From Phoronis australis (taxonomy: Eukaryota > Animalia > Phoronida), in NCBI GenBank assembly GCA_002633005.1, contig NMRA01000562.1, positions 125,807 through 189,806 on the forward strand: DNA of 64,000 nt, written 5' to 3'. A program made the translations under genes and the position numbers. The notes under the pieces are model-generated. The model did not search any database, had not been told where the DNA came from, and saw only the letters and a program-made list of their open reading frames with translations. Of the stretch, positions 25,869 through 39,225 are shown in pieces; position 1 is the first letter of the stretch, and each line of letters begins with the position of its first letter.

Positions 25869-26200
25869 TGTAACTTTAACTGGAAATAAACCCATTCTCA
25901 TACTGATGAAAAATACGAAAATAGACCAGTTTGAGAGCACACGTCCACAATAACGTATTCCTTCATTAAATAGCAAAATAAACAATCAACAAAGAAAGTA
26001 TTAATCTGCATGTCCAGTCAATATTGAATTTATTTTTATGGTGTAAATTAACCGAACTGTATGCTCCTGGAAGCTAGAGTTGCTGCCACTGTCTCTTAAA
26101 ATGTTATCGAATTTACCGTATAAGAAACAGAATTACGACACCAAATGTTCTTATTAGGCCAAAGACCGTTGATTCTAGTATGTGCCCGATTCATTTTTAG

Positions 26201-27350
26201 ACTTGCGCCCATCCACTAAAAACAAAAATAATCTCGTCAACGTCAATTCTAGACGCCCACGAAGATACCAGAATTGGCAATCCAAATTTGAAACGCCCAG
26301 ATTTACCTAGCGATGAGTAAAAGAACTCAAACAGAACCGTTTTTGGTCGCCTCAGATGGATTTTAATTTTTGAAAAGGTGAGCAACTGAAGAAATAGAGA
26401 GCCACCGACTAGATTCAAGAAAAACACTGACCAAGACCAAGGAAGTTTTTTTGCCTTTTTTGTGTTTGGCAGTTACATGTAGACACCGTCAATCAAACGA
26501 ACGATTTTTGTCTTGAATCTGTAGGCATGAGCCACGTGATCGTATCATTGACTAAAAAACATAGTTTCCAGTTTTCTTTGATGAGAATCCTCTAGATCAC
26601 CACACGTCAAGTTGGCCAGTGATGCTGAGCCAAAATGCGAAATTAGAAACATGCTCTAAATGAAAAACTCGGGTAGACCTACATGTATATTTAAAATCGA
26701 CGAGGGCAGGTTGTTGTAATACGTGATTACTTGCTGACTTTGCCGCTGCAAAACTTGACCTGTTTTAATTTCACATCGTTTCACTTATTGAAAAGTACTA
26801 AGAATGGACAACATATCAACAAAAAAGCATTCAGGGTTGAGCATGCCCATGGGACGTGCTTCTTCGCATACACGGGAATACTTGAACAAAAATAATAAAC
26901 ACAATATTTCATGCATAGACGTACTGTACTATTTGCCAAAATACTCGCACGCACGGTAATTTAAGAGAGTCTTTGGAAGTTCAAAAGAGTCGTGTAGACG
27001 AATATTCAATACTGAATAATAATCGAGTCTAAAGTCGGTTCATTTCTTGTTGCGTGAAGGTACGAAAGGTCGTGACCGGGTTTTGCTGCATGCATTTACC
27101 GACACCTCTGGTTTCTCGCATACAGTGAATAGTTTACCGAACAACTCGAGGACACTTTGTAGTGAGGAACAATGCCCAATAGAAATGAATACTCTCTGTT
27201 TATACTTGCATACCCTTGTATTTGCTTAGGGGCATGCGTTTAGTGATAATGACCCAATAATAACGCACATGTGCCTCATACCCTCTAGCCAAACTATCAA
27301 CATATGTTTTATCGCATTCCAATTGTAAATTCGTTGAGCTATGTATAAAT
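26201..27350 (+). pseudogene. Cystine-knot pseudogene (copy H)
   Basis: Basic prodomain-like exon 26201-26377 (tttttag / gtgagc); knot relics FISCC../HAFTDTSGFSHTVNSLPNNSRTLCSEEQ..TLCLYL/GACV*..AHV..MFYRIPIVNS.S(Y)V. Confidence 0.5.
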
Positions 27351-27969
27351 CGTATCCTTATCGGACTGGTATCACCCGTGGTCTATCAATTTTCACAATT
27401 TTCATTACATTTAGATCGTAACTTAGGACAATTAATGCAAATGTGCCTCTCGCAAGTGAGCGTGCATCGGTTCCGCTCATTTCCAATGCTAATCAAAGTG
27501 GCCTGACTTCGGAAGGACGTCGACCAACACTCGTGCAATTCCTCGTTGGTTTCGTTTGAGCTACGGAGGCTTCTTGAAGAGGCGGTCAAGTCAAATACGT
27601 CGCAGGTATGTTACATGTACATGTACACTCAGACCTATACAAAAAGAAAATCAACGTGATTTTTTGCACGTAGATTCTTTGAAGTATAATCTTTCAAATG
27701 ACCTGTAACAATTTTTTTCTCAGACTTACCGTTTTCGAGTTATTAGACTTTGAATTTCTTAAAAAAAAACCCAAAATTTCATTTTTTTCGAAAAATTTAC
27801 GGAATTAGACGATACCATCAGTTTATATAGAATTTTGAACGGGCTTTCAGAAGATGTTTTCCATTTTTCGCTAGAACGTCTACTTTTCGAGTTATTTTAG
27901 ATTTTCTGATAACGCTGTTCCTTTGTTGAGCGCTCTTGCTGCATTGATGTTGGTTTATCTTCTATTGAA

Positions 27970-28285
27970 CTAGACTGTAGCCTATTTCTTATTGATTTAT
28001 GACATCTAAGTTCATCATATGAATGTTGTGATGTTGTTCATCATCGCCACCACCATCATCATATTCGTCATCATCGTCATCATCTTCTTCATCATCTCCG
28101 TCGTTGTCTTTTCCGTTAATTTCGCCAAGTGTCGCACAAGACTGTAGCCTTTTTCTTACTGATTTCGGACTTCTACGTTCGTCATGTGTATGTTATTAAT
28201 ACTTCTTTTGTTCACCATCGTCGTCATATTCGTCATCTTCGTCATCATCTTTATCGTCATCTTTTTGGTTAATTTCGCCAAGGTT
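27970..28285. repeat. Two-unit tandem duplication (~170 bp) with (TCA/TCG)n low-complexity core
   Basis: agactgtagcct.tttctta.tgattt...ttaatttcgccaag occurs twice. Confidence 0.8.
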
Positions 28286-28439
28286 CGCTCCTCGGAGCGC
28301 TTTCATATTAGGTGTTTGTCTGTTTTGTTCACACACCCTTTTTGTTAGAGAAATGAAATGGTGGGTATAGTATACTATTCTATGGGCGCTGGAAATAAAA
28401 ATTCTTTCTAAAGCTGGGCATTGATTTGTTTTTTGCTAT

Positions 28440-28602
28440 TTTATTTTTTCTCGGTTCCCATCCTAGATACTAATTTGGCAAGTACGGTGTCCATTAGATG
28501 CGCACTTGTGCTAATGTTTTTCTTATTTTGTATTTTCCTGTACCGGGATGTAAAATAAACATATTACTTACTTGCTAATTTACTTACTTACTTACTTACT
28601 TT
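28440..28602 (+). mobile_element. Retroposon 3' tail ending in (ACTT)n
   Basis: Stem-loop, aataaa, then ttacttacttac repeats. Confidence 0.45.
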
Positions 28603-29366
28603 TTAGCATTCTGCCATTGATTGGATCATGTGACCATTTATCTTTAATTTCAGCAAAATGTATCGAAACAAAACACACTGATACGCAAAACAAGGGTTAC
28701 ACTCGCATAACCAAATTCCAGTTGATATCAATGTTCGAGATGAAATCTCAAAATACGCTGTTGCAGTTTTCTAAATTATCATTTCGTTTTCATTTTGTTC
28801 AACATTTGAGATTTTGTAAAGCATTTTTGTCCATTTTGTGTCAAACTGCATCAAAGATTCGACTCCAGGATCACCAGTCTCTGGAAATAACGTAGACTGA
28901 ATGAATAGTATGGGGGTTTCTCTCACTCAAATGAAAAAATTAACCCCTTAGTGTTAAGTTCATTTCACACAGATGGCGCTAAACTTCACGTAGTGATAGT
29001 GTTTTTCGTGTTACCTTCGTCATAAAAGTTACGTTAATGGGTGCCACGGGAAAATGGCTGTCGAGAATCAACTATCACGGCAATGCCCGTTATTCAGTGT
29101 GACCCGTTTACTCCACTTATACCATTTTCGTTACAGTAACCGTGTTTATGCACAATCGCGTTACGTAGTTTCCGTTTCATAAAGTGAAATAGCTCATTCA
29201 ACAAACTTACCTAAAACCAAAAATGTGAATATTCTCAAGTGACCGAGCATCGATCGGATGTTTAATTTATTAATTTCTAGTGGTGCACCAATATCACCGC
29301 CATTGATAAAAGGCACTCCGCTTTTCTACGAACTAACAGCAATTGAAAGAAATTCACGCACAAGAA

Positions 29367-30415
29367 TGAGTACAGTTGTAACTGCAATTTATGAATTGTT
29401 CATAATTACATTAAGTTTTATCTTTTGATTGACGAGACCCATTCTATGTCAGTAAATGAAAACAAAGGATGTAGCATTTGCGATGGTTGACAGACAATTT
29501 TTTCTCACAATAGATTTAGATTGCAATTGGTGTACGTTTAGTCATTATCTGCAAACCACCATCGGCTTTAAAAACATCTTAACAAAAGTGGTGGTTTTTC
29601 AAAAAAGTCTTTAGTGGAAAAATCTCAAAAGTTGGGTAAACACAGTTTACACATAACTCTAAGCGTCGACCACCTGAGCAGACGAAGGCGTTGTGTTTGT
29701 GCACGACGGCACAACGTGATCAATATTCCTTAACCTAAAATGTTCTGAAAATTACGCTAAACGCTGGGTAAACCATCGCAGTCACGCGGATATGTGTACC
29801 GTTCAAGGATAGATTGGCACCTTTGGAGGACGGTAGAGTCATTACGTACTACAAACTCGAACAAATACATTCGGAATCTACATTTTCCAGAATAGTTCTT
29901 CATTCCGTCGAACAAATTGAACACTGGACTTAATTACAGCTAAGGTGCTCAAGGTGAAACAAACACGTACGCAGGATTATAAGGAAGTCTTCTGTTCACC
30001 CGTCTGCTAGCCACGCCGAGAGGAGGCAGCACTGACCGGGGACTTGCCTTGTGTGTGTACGTGAGTGGTATTGATCGAAGCCGATGGAAAATTGTCGAGG
30101 GCTGATCCCCTGAATGCACGCGAGAAAAAGAGACGACCAGCGGAAGCACTTTGCAGAAGTAACCTCTGTAGAATAAGCATTTTGCGCTGGGTTGCCGTGC
30201 GAGACGAGATGTTTTCCCGAAAACCCGAACTTAAATGTTTGGGTAGACAACTCTCTTTCATCTTCCGGAGGGAGCTTGACATTCATGTTTCCCTACTGTT
30301 GCTGCGAGGAAAGAGATGCAATTTCCCCGGCCGGTAGTTGACCCACATGACCTTTAGGTGTCGGCATTAGCATTTACAATTATCGGGTTTTACTGTTACT
30401 GAATGCTGTTATGAT
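29367..30415 (+). pseudogene. Neurotrophin-like prepro-cystine-knot pseudogene (copy I)
   Basis: Signal exon MSTVVTAIYELFIITLSFIF*L with gtaaat donor; acceptor ttctcacaatag; knot relics CETRCFPENP/ELKCLG (cf. NT FFETKCRDPNP..GCRG), HSCFPT.., AFTII/FTVTECCY. Confidence 0.6.
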
Positions 30416-30524
30416 GGAAGGTTAATACACAGATTTGAAATACTTCCGGCGGAGAATATGAGGCTACGAAAATACCATCGGTGTTCCGAATACACTATTA
30501 CCGAGTCACAAACTTCCCCGATGG

Positions 30525-31230
30525 GAGAACGCTATCTACGAGAATGCAAAACTTCAGTCACACGGCCAGTCCTCTCTGGTTCCTTGCGTGTCCGCTAGAG
30601 GGTAGCGAACACGCACATATAATTCAGTAGCCTGCCGCCGTTTTGACACTGGTTGATGTAACTTCGGCAGTCATTGGTTAGCTTTACAACAAAGAAAGAA
30701 AATGGCAGACTGTGAACGATTTTTAGCATTTTCATGCAAGTGGCGTGACAGCAAATATTTCGTTTTTGTACTAATGTTCAATAGCCATGTAGTTGAAGCA
30801 CATACATGTATAATGCACAGACATCCGGCCGATTTAACTTGTGTGTTGTTCATACTGTGTGATTACAAAGGGACAACAACGTAACCAAAAGTTATCGACA
30901 GTAGAAAATGTACTCTGAAAAGGCACAACCACAACCTTCCAATTCACATTTCTTGAACATGGCACCGATTTGTCTGTACAACAGAACACAAACTACTTCT
31001 ACATTTACATTTCCTCCATCAGTCATGCCAGTTTGTTTACGTAAAGCGCCAACTGTTGAGAATTCGACCAGGCAATCAGAAGCGCCGGTATAAAAAAAAA
31101 ATCCCGAGGAAAATTAAATGATACATGTGTGTTTTCTACTCCCTAGGGGACACGCAGGGAACCAGCGAGTCGGCCAGTCATTATTCAGTCACATGGCTGA
31201 GTTCTGCACCTGCGTAGATAACAGTCTCCT
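30525..31230 (+). mobile_element. ~0.6-0.7 kb TIR element, copy 1
   Basis: ctggttccttgcgtgtcc.ctag.gggtag / ctactccctaggggacacgcagggaaccag inverted ends; inverted copy at 32329-32887. Confidence 0.8.
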
Positions 31231-31439
31231 CCGAGCGGAAATTCGAGGCAACCATAACACCTGAGGTGTTCCAGCTAACAAAATTTATTGTAAACAAAGT
31301 CAATGCGTAGACACTCGAAAAATAACGAGAGACCAAGTGTTAAAGATGTAAATTTGTCTGTTAATGTTGCAAAAGAATGTTTCTTTGTATCCTTTACATT
31401 GACATGATTGTTTGGTTTCTATCGTGTCATCCATGGAAT

Positions 31440-31870
31440 GACATCGCATTTTCCACGAGGGCGTCTACGAGAAACAGAGAGGCATGGCCGGAAATAAAGG
31501 GAGCTGGTCCAGGGCCGTCTATTATTTGGCACTGTCATGGAGTTACTCTCTTTATTAAACTGGTTTCAATATCCTTCACTTACAAGGAGGGAACGGGTTG
31601 TGGCACGACTGGAAATCAAGAGGGCGATTCTCTTGACGGTCTGTATAGAAGTACTGTCATGGAGTTGCTTTCTTTATTTACCTGGTCTGTTATACTACCT
31701 TGGCGACTGCACCTAACGCGACATAGCAACCCAACGTAACAAACCAAATTCTCGGGCCAGGTGATATGCAAAACGATGATCTTAAGGAATTTCTAATCCT
31801 TGTGAGGATTACGATGTGACCTGGGATTTGATATTGATTCTAGGATGTGACCGATTATATACCTCTAATA
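31440..31870 (+). pseudogene. Cystine-knot pseudo-exon (copy J)
   Basis: One frame: RK*R ELVQG...IKRAILLTVCIEVLSWSCFLYLPGLLYYLGDCT*RD...DVTWDLILILGCD(R)L. Confidence 0.5.
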
Positions 31871-32328
31871 GCCTAAATCAAAACTGATTTAGGACAGAAA
31901 GAGTCTGTAAGTTTTAAATACATGTACGACCCCCAATCTCAGTAGCAAAAATTATCACGACAAATCCGATAAAGAAGAAAACAAATCTGTCCATTCTGAA
32001 AGTTTTAACTGTAAGTGAACAGAAGTCACTAACAGATTGTCGCATTTACGAGTTCTACGATGGGTCTATGACCGTTTCGCTGTTTAAAGCTTTCATATAA
32101 CTGAAAAAAATGATTAGTAGCTGTTTTCTACCAAACATTTAAAATATGAAAGCGATAACTTAAAATAACCTACTTTAACCCAAGTTAGTTCCGTCAAATC
32201 TTAAGCCCAAATAAGGCACATTCACCGCAATTCTAAATAATTTCAAACCTAACTGAATTAAAGGAGGATTCCACCCGATTTAATTAGTTTTTGTTGCCGT
32301 CTTAATCTTTCTACATGTATATCCATGT

Positions 32329-32887
32329 ACCTCGCTGGCTCTCTGCGTGTCCGCTCGGGGGTAGAGAACACGGTAAGTATCATTTAATTTTCCTCGGGAA
32401 TTTTTTTATGCCGGCGTTTGTGATTGGCTGGTCGAATTCTCAACAGCTGACGCTTTACGTAAACAAACTGGCATGACTGACGGAGGAAGTGTAAATGTGG
32501 ATGTAGTTTGTGGTCTGTTGTACAGACAAATCGGTGCCATGTTCAAGAAACGTGAATCGAAAAGTTGTGGTTGGGCATTTTCGGAGTGCATTTTTCTACT
32601 GACTTTTGTTCACTTTGCTGTCCCGTTGTATTCACACAGTATGAATAACACGCTGGTTAAATCGGTCAGATATGTGAGCATTGTATGTGCTTCAAGCACG
32701 CAGCTATTAAAAACTACCGCAGGAACTAAATATTTGAAGTCACGCCACTTGCATGACAAGGCTAAAAATCGTTCACAGTCCGCCATTTTGTTTCTTTGTT
32801 GTAAAGGTCACCAATGACTGCCGAATTTACATCAACCAGTGACTCAACGCGTGCTACTGCATAATAGCTGCGTGTTCTCTACCCTTT
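32329..32887 (-). mobile_element. ~0.6 kb TIR element, copy 2 (inverted relative to 30525-31230)
   Basis: Paralogous ORFs 30908..31093(+) vs 32406..32591(-) and 30671..30853(-) vs 32473..32817(+). Confidence 0.85.
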
Positions 32888-32889
32888 AA

Positions 32890-33185
32890 CGGCGATCTTA
32901 CCTCGCCGAAAGGTGTCGTGTTCATCTGTGAGGAAGGTGAGTACACGACGCAACGTCAGTGGTTCTTCAACTGAGTGCCGGTGTGGCGCTATGGTATGGC
33001 GTATCATTCCCGCTTGTGTGAACCATGAAGCTGCTAGGAAAGCGATCGTTTTTTATTTCCTCGATAACCCGTTATGCTTCGGAAGTGGTTCCTGTCTGTA
33101 AATAACGAAAAATACGCTGTTAATACCAAGCACGCAGCCGTGAAATATCTCCGTGTTTGTGGCCGGCATTGTTCTGATTCAAAAT
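32890..33185 (+). mobile_element. THAP relic related to the Kolobok at 48392-49893
   Basis: MVWRIIPACVNHEAARKA..MLRKWFLSV..VKYLRVCGRH; nucleotide similarity to the rc of 49530-49810. Confidence 0.75.
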
Positions 33186-33844
33186 GAATTGTTCTCACTC
33201 CAACAAATGTTTGCATAAATCTGAAACAAAGTGTCAAAGTCTGTCGCTGTAGATACAATTTGTGATGCTTTAGGAGTGTTCGTGGGTGCAAATGTTTTGA
33301 GAAATCAACAATGAATAAATCGCAATAAAACTAAATGGCTGTCGTGTGAGCGCATGCTGCTTCAGTGTTTGCGGACAGAAAGCTGTTGCGAAGCTATAAC
33401 TCGATTTCATATGCTATGGTCAGATATTAGAGGAATCTTTATTTAGATGTTATAAAGATTCCTCTATACATTATTCAAACATTGTTATCGTACACCTTTT
33501 CCCTCTAAGGTTCTGTGGAAGCGGAACCTGGTTTTGCGGCCCGAGTGAGTAGATTTACAATTTCGCGGCGAACTCCCAAAAATATTCAACTGCACGTTAT
33601 TTCTTTGGTTCACTAGCCTAGTCTTTTCGTTAGTGGAAGCTTGGTTCTCAACTCTCGCAATCGGCTCTTAGAGCTTTCACTGGGTAACTGGTCTCAGTCG
33701 GCATACAGCAGAACCGAATTATTTTGAAGAGAGAAAATTGAGAGGTATTGTTCCATTTAATTTCCTTAATATCTCATGGAGTGGCATTTCACATTTTGTT
33801 CAACTCATTCCACGAGCAAATCAAAAGAAATCCAAAAATAACTC

Positions 33845-36486
33845 TAGGGGTCATCTTCCAGATTCAACTTTAACTTTGTGTATGTGATTATGGTGTGACT
33901 CTGATACAAAAATCACCAATTTTGCACCCATTGACCTCTTTTTACCTATAGGCCTCCAATGGTTTATGAAGAAAATGACACGTTTTGCTTACCGAAAACA
34001 GCAAATTTCCAATATAAAAAACAAGTAGATTGCCAGCAATGAGAGAAAACACATAATGAGATTAGGAAGTGGGACATAAAGAGTACCAAATAAATTTGAT
34101 ATTAATGATTTCGTTGCATTCATCACGTGACAGGGGAGGTAAATCTGTAAGCACTTTTTTGTATTGTTGAAAGTGGGTGTAACTCAAGTGCTTCTACAAG
34201 CCCGTTTGCGAGACTGTGGACATTGAAATATATATTTTTGGATAGATCTTGGATATATGAACAAAATTTAAAAATCTCTTGAATGGGTCTTTTTTCATTT
34301 TTTTGTTCTAAAAATGCCCCAATGTTGCGTATTTTGCACTTTTTAAATGAATATTTTCGTAACTTCGTTACATTTAAAATGGTTCAAAGTGAAATTATTA
34401 ATGGAAATCCACATTTTTGGGACCATAATGCTGTCTGACATTTCCCTTTTACCACTTCACCCAACATTGAACGTTCATAACTGACCGTGGTTCAGAGATT
34501 AGGCAGGCACAAGTGGTGACGTAATTGTCTGTGCACCATGTCACGGTAATTTAGCCTTTACTTTTATAAAAAAAATCTTTTGAATTGAAAGGGTTCGAGG
34601 CTGTATGATGCGGTTGAGCCAAAAAATTGTTTTTTTCGGTTTGAAGACAAAAGCCTGCATTACATGAAAGGTGTGGATATCTGAAATACAAACATGAAAA
34701 AATTATCAAAATCGCATGGTGCATTCAAAAGTTATCGCCATTTATGTGTCAAATTTTGACTTTATTTTGGCCGGGTCGGCCATCTTGCGACGTAAACAGC
34801 ATAACTTACGGATTCAAAGTGCCCAAACGTTATTTCCACAAAATTTTAGCGGTGAAATTTAGTAAAACATAGCCGTACCTACCACTGTACAATCCAACAG
34901 TTTACACCATTTAATCACGCACGTTTAACTTTTATAGAGGTTTAAGTGTTCACAATTCACGTTCAACTTGGACAACATAGCGACTTTTCTGAACTGAAAC
35001 GCGTGTTCAACCGGCTACATTGTTATCGGTGAAGATTTAACTATCATACCTTTGTAGACACACTGCTACACAAAGCGGTTTTGTGCAGTTTTCCGGTGCT
35101 TGTGCCCTAACTATTATGAATTTTCTATTTTTTTACATTTGAACTGCCCATCCAATTGACCTTGCACTCAGCTAAATTCTGTTGAAATTGTTTTAAAATC
35201 GTTTTTTGTTTGAAAGTCAACTCCTGTTCAAGTATTATAAGTTTCACAACAGGACCCATATTTTACTAAATTCCATGCATAAAATGTGATTTTGATTCTT
35301 GTTTTGTAGCTAGGTACTTTCTACATGTATTTTAAGATACAGTGTATATCAAAGCTTGATTTACAGAAATAGGTTACATTTAGACTATGAAGTGTAAAGC
35401 TTACTCGAACTCTTCTGCCTTATAGCTTCACATTATTTATTATCGTGCTTGTCAAATTCTAGTTTAATATATAGGGAAGCTTTTATGATACTCAACCACC
35501 ATTGTAACACTTATGCGTGTCTACTTTCGTAGTTAACATGAACTTGGTTCAGTCCGTATTGCCGAAATTTCCAAAGTACATTCTAAATTACTTACTGTGG
35601 AAAAAGGCTATTAGGATAAATTTAGTTTGACTATTAATTTGTATTGAGATCACATTGCTAGATGTAAGCCTCATTTACAATGAAAATTTTGAAACCCGTA
35701 CGTCCAAAATTTTCAAGAGACGTCAAATTTATCTCTCGTGGGAGTGTGACAACAAGTGACAACATCAGATTTGGGTAGAATCTGTTAAACAATTATCATC
35801 CTGTAAAAATGACAAAAAACGCGATTATGTGACTTTATATATTTTTATGTAATGATTATCCGGTAATAAAGTGGATAATACCAGGGCACCAGTAAGCAGC
35901 TGACGGTGGGGGCACGGGTTAGACGTATGAACGCTTTCCAAAATGCTAAAACTGTCACTGGTGTGGCGTCACAGCTTAGACTCATACCAGAACATTTGTA
36001 TTGTTCTATCGGCTGTTGTATGAAAACAAACAAAAAGTCCATTTATTTCATTTTTATGTTCTTAGTCATACAGCAAACTGATGAAAAATATCATTGGAAA
36101 TCACCAGTATCCCCGCAAACTGGCCTCCAGAGCACCTCAAAAATGGCTAAAATACAAATACACAAAGTTGGGCAAAATTGATCAAATTTTGGTACTCCAG
36201 TGAATGATAACGAAAACCCTTCAAAGACTGTCTTCTGATGGAGAGTTTTCGATATCTACACAAACATTATAAAGATTTTTTCTTTCCCGTTCTTTTAAGC
36301 CATTTTAAAACAACTTCATTAACTGAATCTTTTTAAACTGAAAATGTGCCATTTTGAGCCAAAATATTCGTGTTGCTCTAATTTAAATAATAATGGCCCA
36401 AAAATTTTCAAATCAACATTTTGAACATATCCCACCAGGATATATGCTACACACATTTTTTTTCAAAATCTGAGTCGGTGACCCTA
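33845..36486. mobile_element. Probable non-autonomous DNA transposon mosaic with TAG...CTA ends
   Basis: taggggtcatcttccagatt vs rc tagggtcaccgactcagatt; AT-rich non-coding interior; no TSD seen. Confidence 0.35.
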
Positions 36487-37359
36487 GAGTCGACCTTTTG
36501 GTGCTCTAGTGGAATGACCGATGAACTTGCCTTGTTTAAAGCATGTTCAATTTGTATTCGGGGATTCATACAGGATTTCGAAAATAGGGTGTCCAAAATG
36601 GAGCTCCCAATATTTCAGGGTGTCCTTGATTCCGACGACGCACCACCGTGCACCAGCAACGCCCCACACCGCCAGTGATTTTTTTACAAAAATACTTAGG
36701 CCAAGGAGTTTATATCTAAGTTTTCAAAATATCCCCCTGTAGAGAGCTTTTTTAATAACAAAACTGCTTGGACCTAGACTTCTACATGTACGCCTAAATT
36801 TACGAAAACAGGAAAGAAGCTTACCAAACAAATATTAGCGATATTTTTGGACGATGGGGGCATTGCGCAGATGATGTTTGGTTTATATTGTGGCAATAGG
36901 TGTCACTGCTGTTCCATATTAAAACAATAAAATGGACATTGAAAAGCATGAAACAGTACGAACCTTGTTTGAGCTTGATAAAACAGTTATGTGGTAGCGT
37001 TATATTCATGCAACGACTACTGACTAGCACTTAGGACATAACCATGTAAACTATAAAGTGTTTTGCAATGGCCATCAAAAGTTATGATGCGATGAAGATT
37101 TATACCAAGAGTCAAATGGCAATATGTGCATTAGTTCTTGTATAATCTTTCTAACTTGCAACCTCTTACACTTGTTGAGACTAGCATTCAGTCAGTGGCA
37201 TGGGTACGGTTATCAATATTTGTACCAAATGGTGGTTTTCTTTGAACTGTATCTTTGGTTTTAGTGTTTCAGTGTTCAATTATATTGTAACCTTTCACAA
37301 GAAGTATGCAGTCAAGGATTAAGAAAGGTCTATACTCCACTGCCACTGGCGTCCATAAT

Positions 37360-38640
37360 TGACCTATCGCCAGGATTATGACGGACGGCTTAATTGACCA
37401 ATCAGAACGCAGCATTCTTGGCACACCTTCGTCTGCGTTTCCAAGCCGCCATTTTACCCGACAAACCACTCGCAGTCGAGTAAAACTTACTTTAGTCTAT
37501 AGCTCAAGAAATTGTCCGCTAAGAATGGGGAAACGGTGTTGATATGACGTGTGTAGCACCGACAGCTGTTATGCTGCTCCAGAATAATATCCCGTCATTT
37601 TTTGGCATGTCCTAAGCCGAAAAATGATGTTGAAAAGCGTAAACTATGGATCAAACTGTACGGCCACACGAGCAGCTGAACTTAGCGATGTTGCTTGATA
37701 ACTCGAAGGCTATAATAAACACAAATATATTAGTTCCAAGATACGCACTTTTCAGCTTGGTGGCTATGGTGCAGGGCTATCTCAGATTTTGACTCCCGAG
37801 TTGGCTACGTCTGGCCACCTTTGTCTCGGCACCTGCTGGATCTCGGCACTCTAGTGGTAGTTCCCGGAAGTTGTTGTTTTCAAGGACATTTTTATTTTAT
37901 GTTTTTTTATTTTTTTAACCTAATGGACATTATTTTGTTTCGTATCAGAAGTACAGTTTTGTTATTCATGAACCGTAAGCTGGCGTTCAACTGAACTCCT
38001 CTCCCGGTCAAAATTCAGAGATTCGATCGGCACAGGGAAGGGCACTGGATTACTGCCGGAACTCAAAGCCTTGGTCGAGCTGTTGTCACTAAAAATAAAC
38101 TGTTGAATTATTTTTTGACGTGNTAGTGCATGTGTTGTCTGTAATCTATGACCTACTTTACTCCAGGAGTCCCACCAGTTGTGACCTACTTTTCATTTGG
38201 CGAAATTTAGCAGACGACAGAATAAAAATATCGGTGAATCTTCACTGATTTTATTCGAAAGATCATGAAATCTTTGGAATCGTACAGATTATTCGACTTT
38301 AATATACATACCCAGATTTACAAGAACATATCGTATCCGTGGCCTTGTCATTTGTCAGTTGAAGGTGGCCCCGAGGCCGAGGGGTTCTTCGCATTTTCGC
38401 TGGCTCCTTGAGCACTTATTTTTTATCGTCACCTTTACAAATTCCCATATCATGAACGTACGATTCACTGTTGAAAAGCATCGCCTCTTGTCTCTGCCGA
38501 CGCGTTTTCAAAAAGTGCAAAAACGCTCATCGATTCCACCAGGAATGTCGTTTAGCGACAGTGTATTTGCCTCTGACATCTCGTTCGAATGTCGGGTATC
38601 ACGTGACTTTTCGCATAGGGGCGGAGCTTGCGATAGGTCA
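37360..38640 (+). mobile_element. Internally deleted ISL2EU-like (PIF/Harbinger group) transposon
   Basis: TIR tgacctatcgc / gcgataggtca with AT flanks; plus strand THAP relic MGKRC*YDVCSTDS..PKPKNDVEKRKLWIKL..PHEQLN (37525-37740); minus strand SWIM-like relic SESYVHD..NKCSRSQRKCEEP..TICSCKSG with donor (38310-38510). Confidence 0.85.
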
Positions 38641-39058
38641 ATTAGCAGATGCTTGAGAGAAGAACAAAGTGTGCACAAACTTGACAAACATGATTCCAGG
38701 GACCACCCAGTACATTGCCTTGAGGTCAACGGTCTTGCAATGGCAACAAATGTTAACTGATCTATCAAAAGTAACTATCACTGCTTTAATGAACACTTGA
38801 CACTATTTTTAAAGTTACTTTTGCTCACATAGCTTGATGTGGATATAGACTGGTCAATACAACAGGACAGGACAATATTTTATCCGTTTACCATACAGTG
38901 TAAAAGTGTGACATTTTACTGCTTTGTAATTGAAGTATTCATGTAACTTGGTTCAGGTTGAGTCTATCAACCCGCATTGTCTGCTTTTGTTGATCCACTT
39001 GGTGATGGGAATTGACTACTCAATTAAGATATATGTGTCCGTGACTTTAAGCATATAT

Positions 39059-39225
39059 ACAGATTATTACTTGGCGAAGTCGTTATCCCCCGTTATCTAG
39101 AGCCCGAGTGGATTTTGGGGAATTATCGCCCGAGAAGCGCTAATCCCGAGGGTGATAATTTTACAAAATCCACGAGGACTCTAGATAAGGGGGATAACGA
39201 CTGAGAACATGTAATAATCTACTTA
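39059..39225. repeat. ~170-bp imperfect palindrome
   Basis: agattattac..agtcgttatccccc.ttatctagag.cc.gagtggatttt... mirrored by aaaatccacgaggactctagataagggggataacgact..gtaataatct. Confidence 0.85.

Noticed and set aside
31528-31690. ~40-bp direct repeat (ctgtcatggagtt.ct.tctttatt) at 31528 and 31651
   Set aside because: Only two copies; probably a local duplication inside pseudogene J with no evidence of function.
33580-33744. Signal-peptide-like exon (FLWFTSLVFSLVEA) with GT donor
   Set aside because: No start codon or downstream knot exon identified. It may be an orphan leader but is unsupported.
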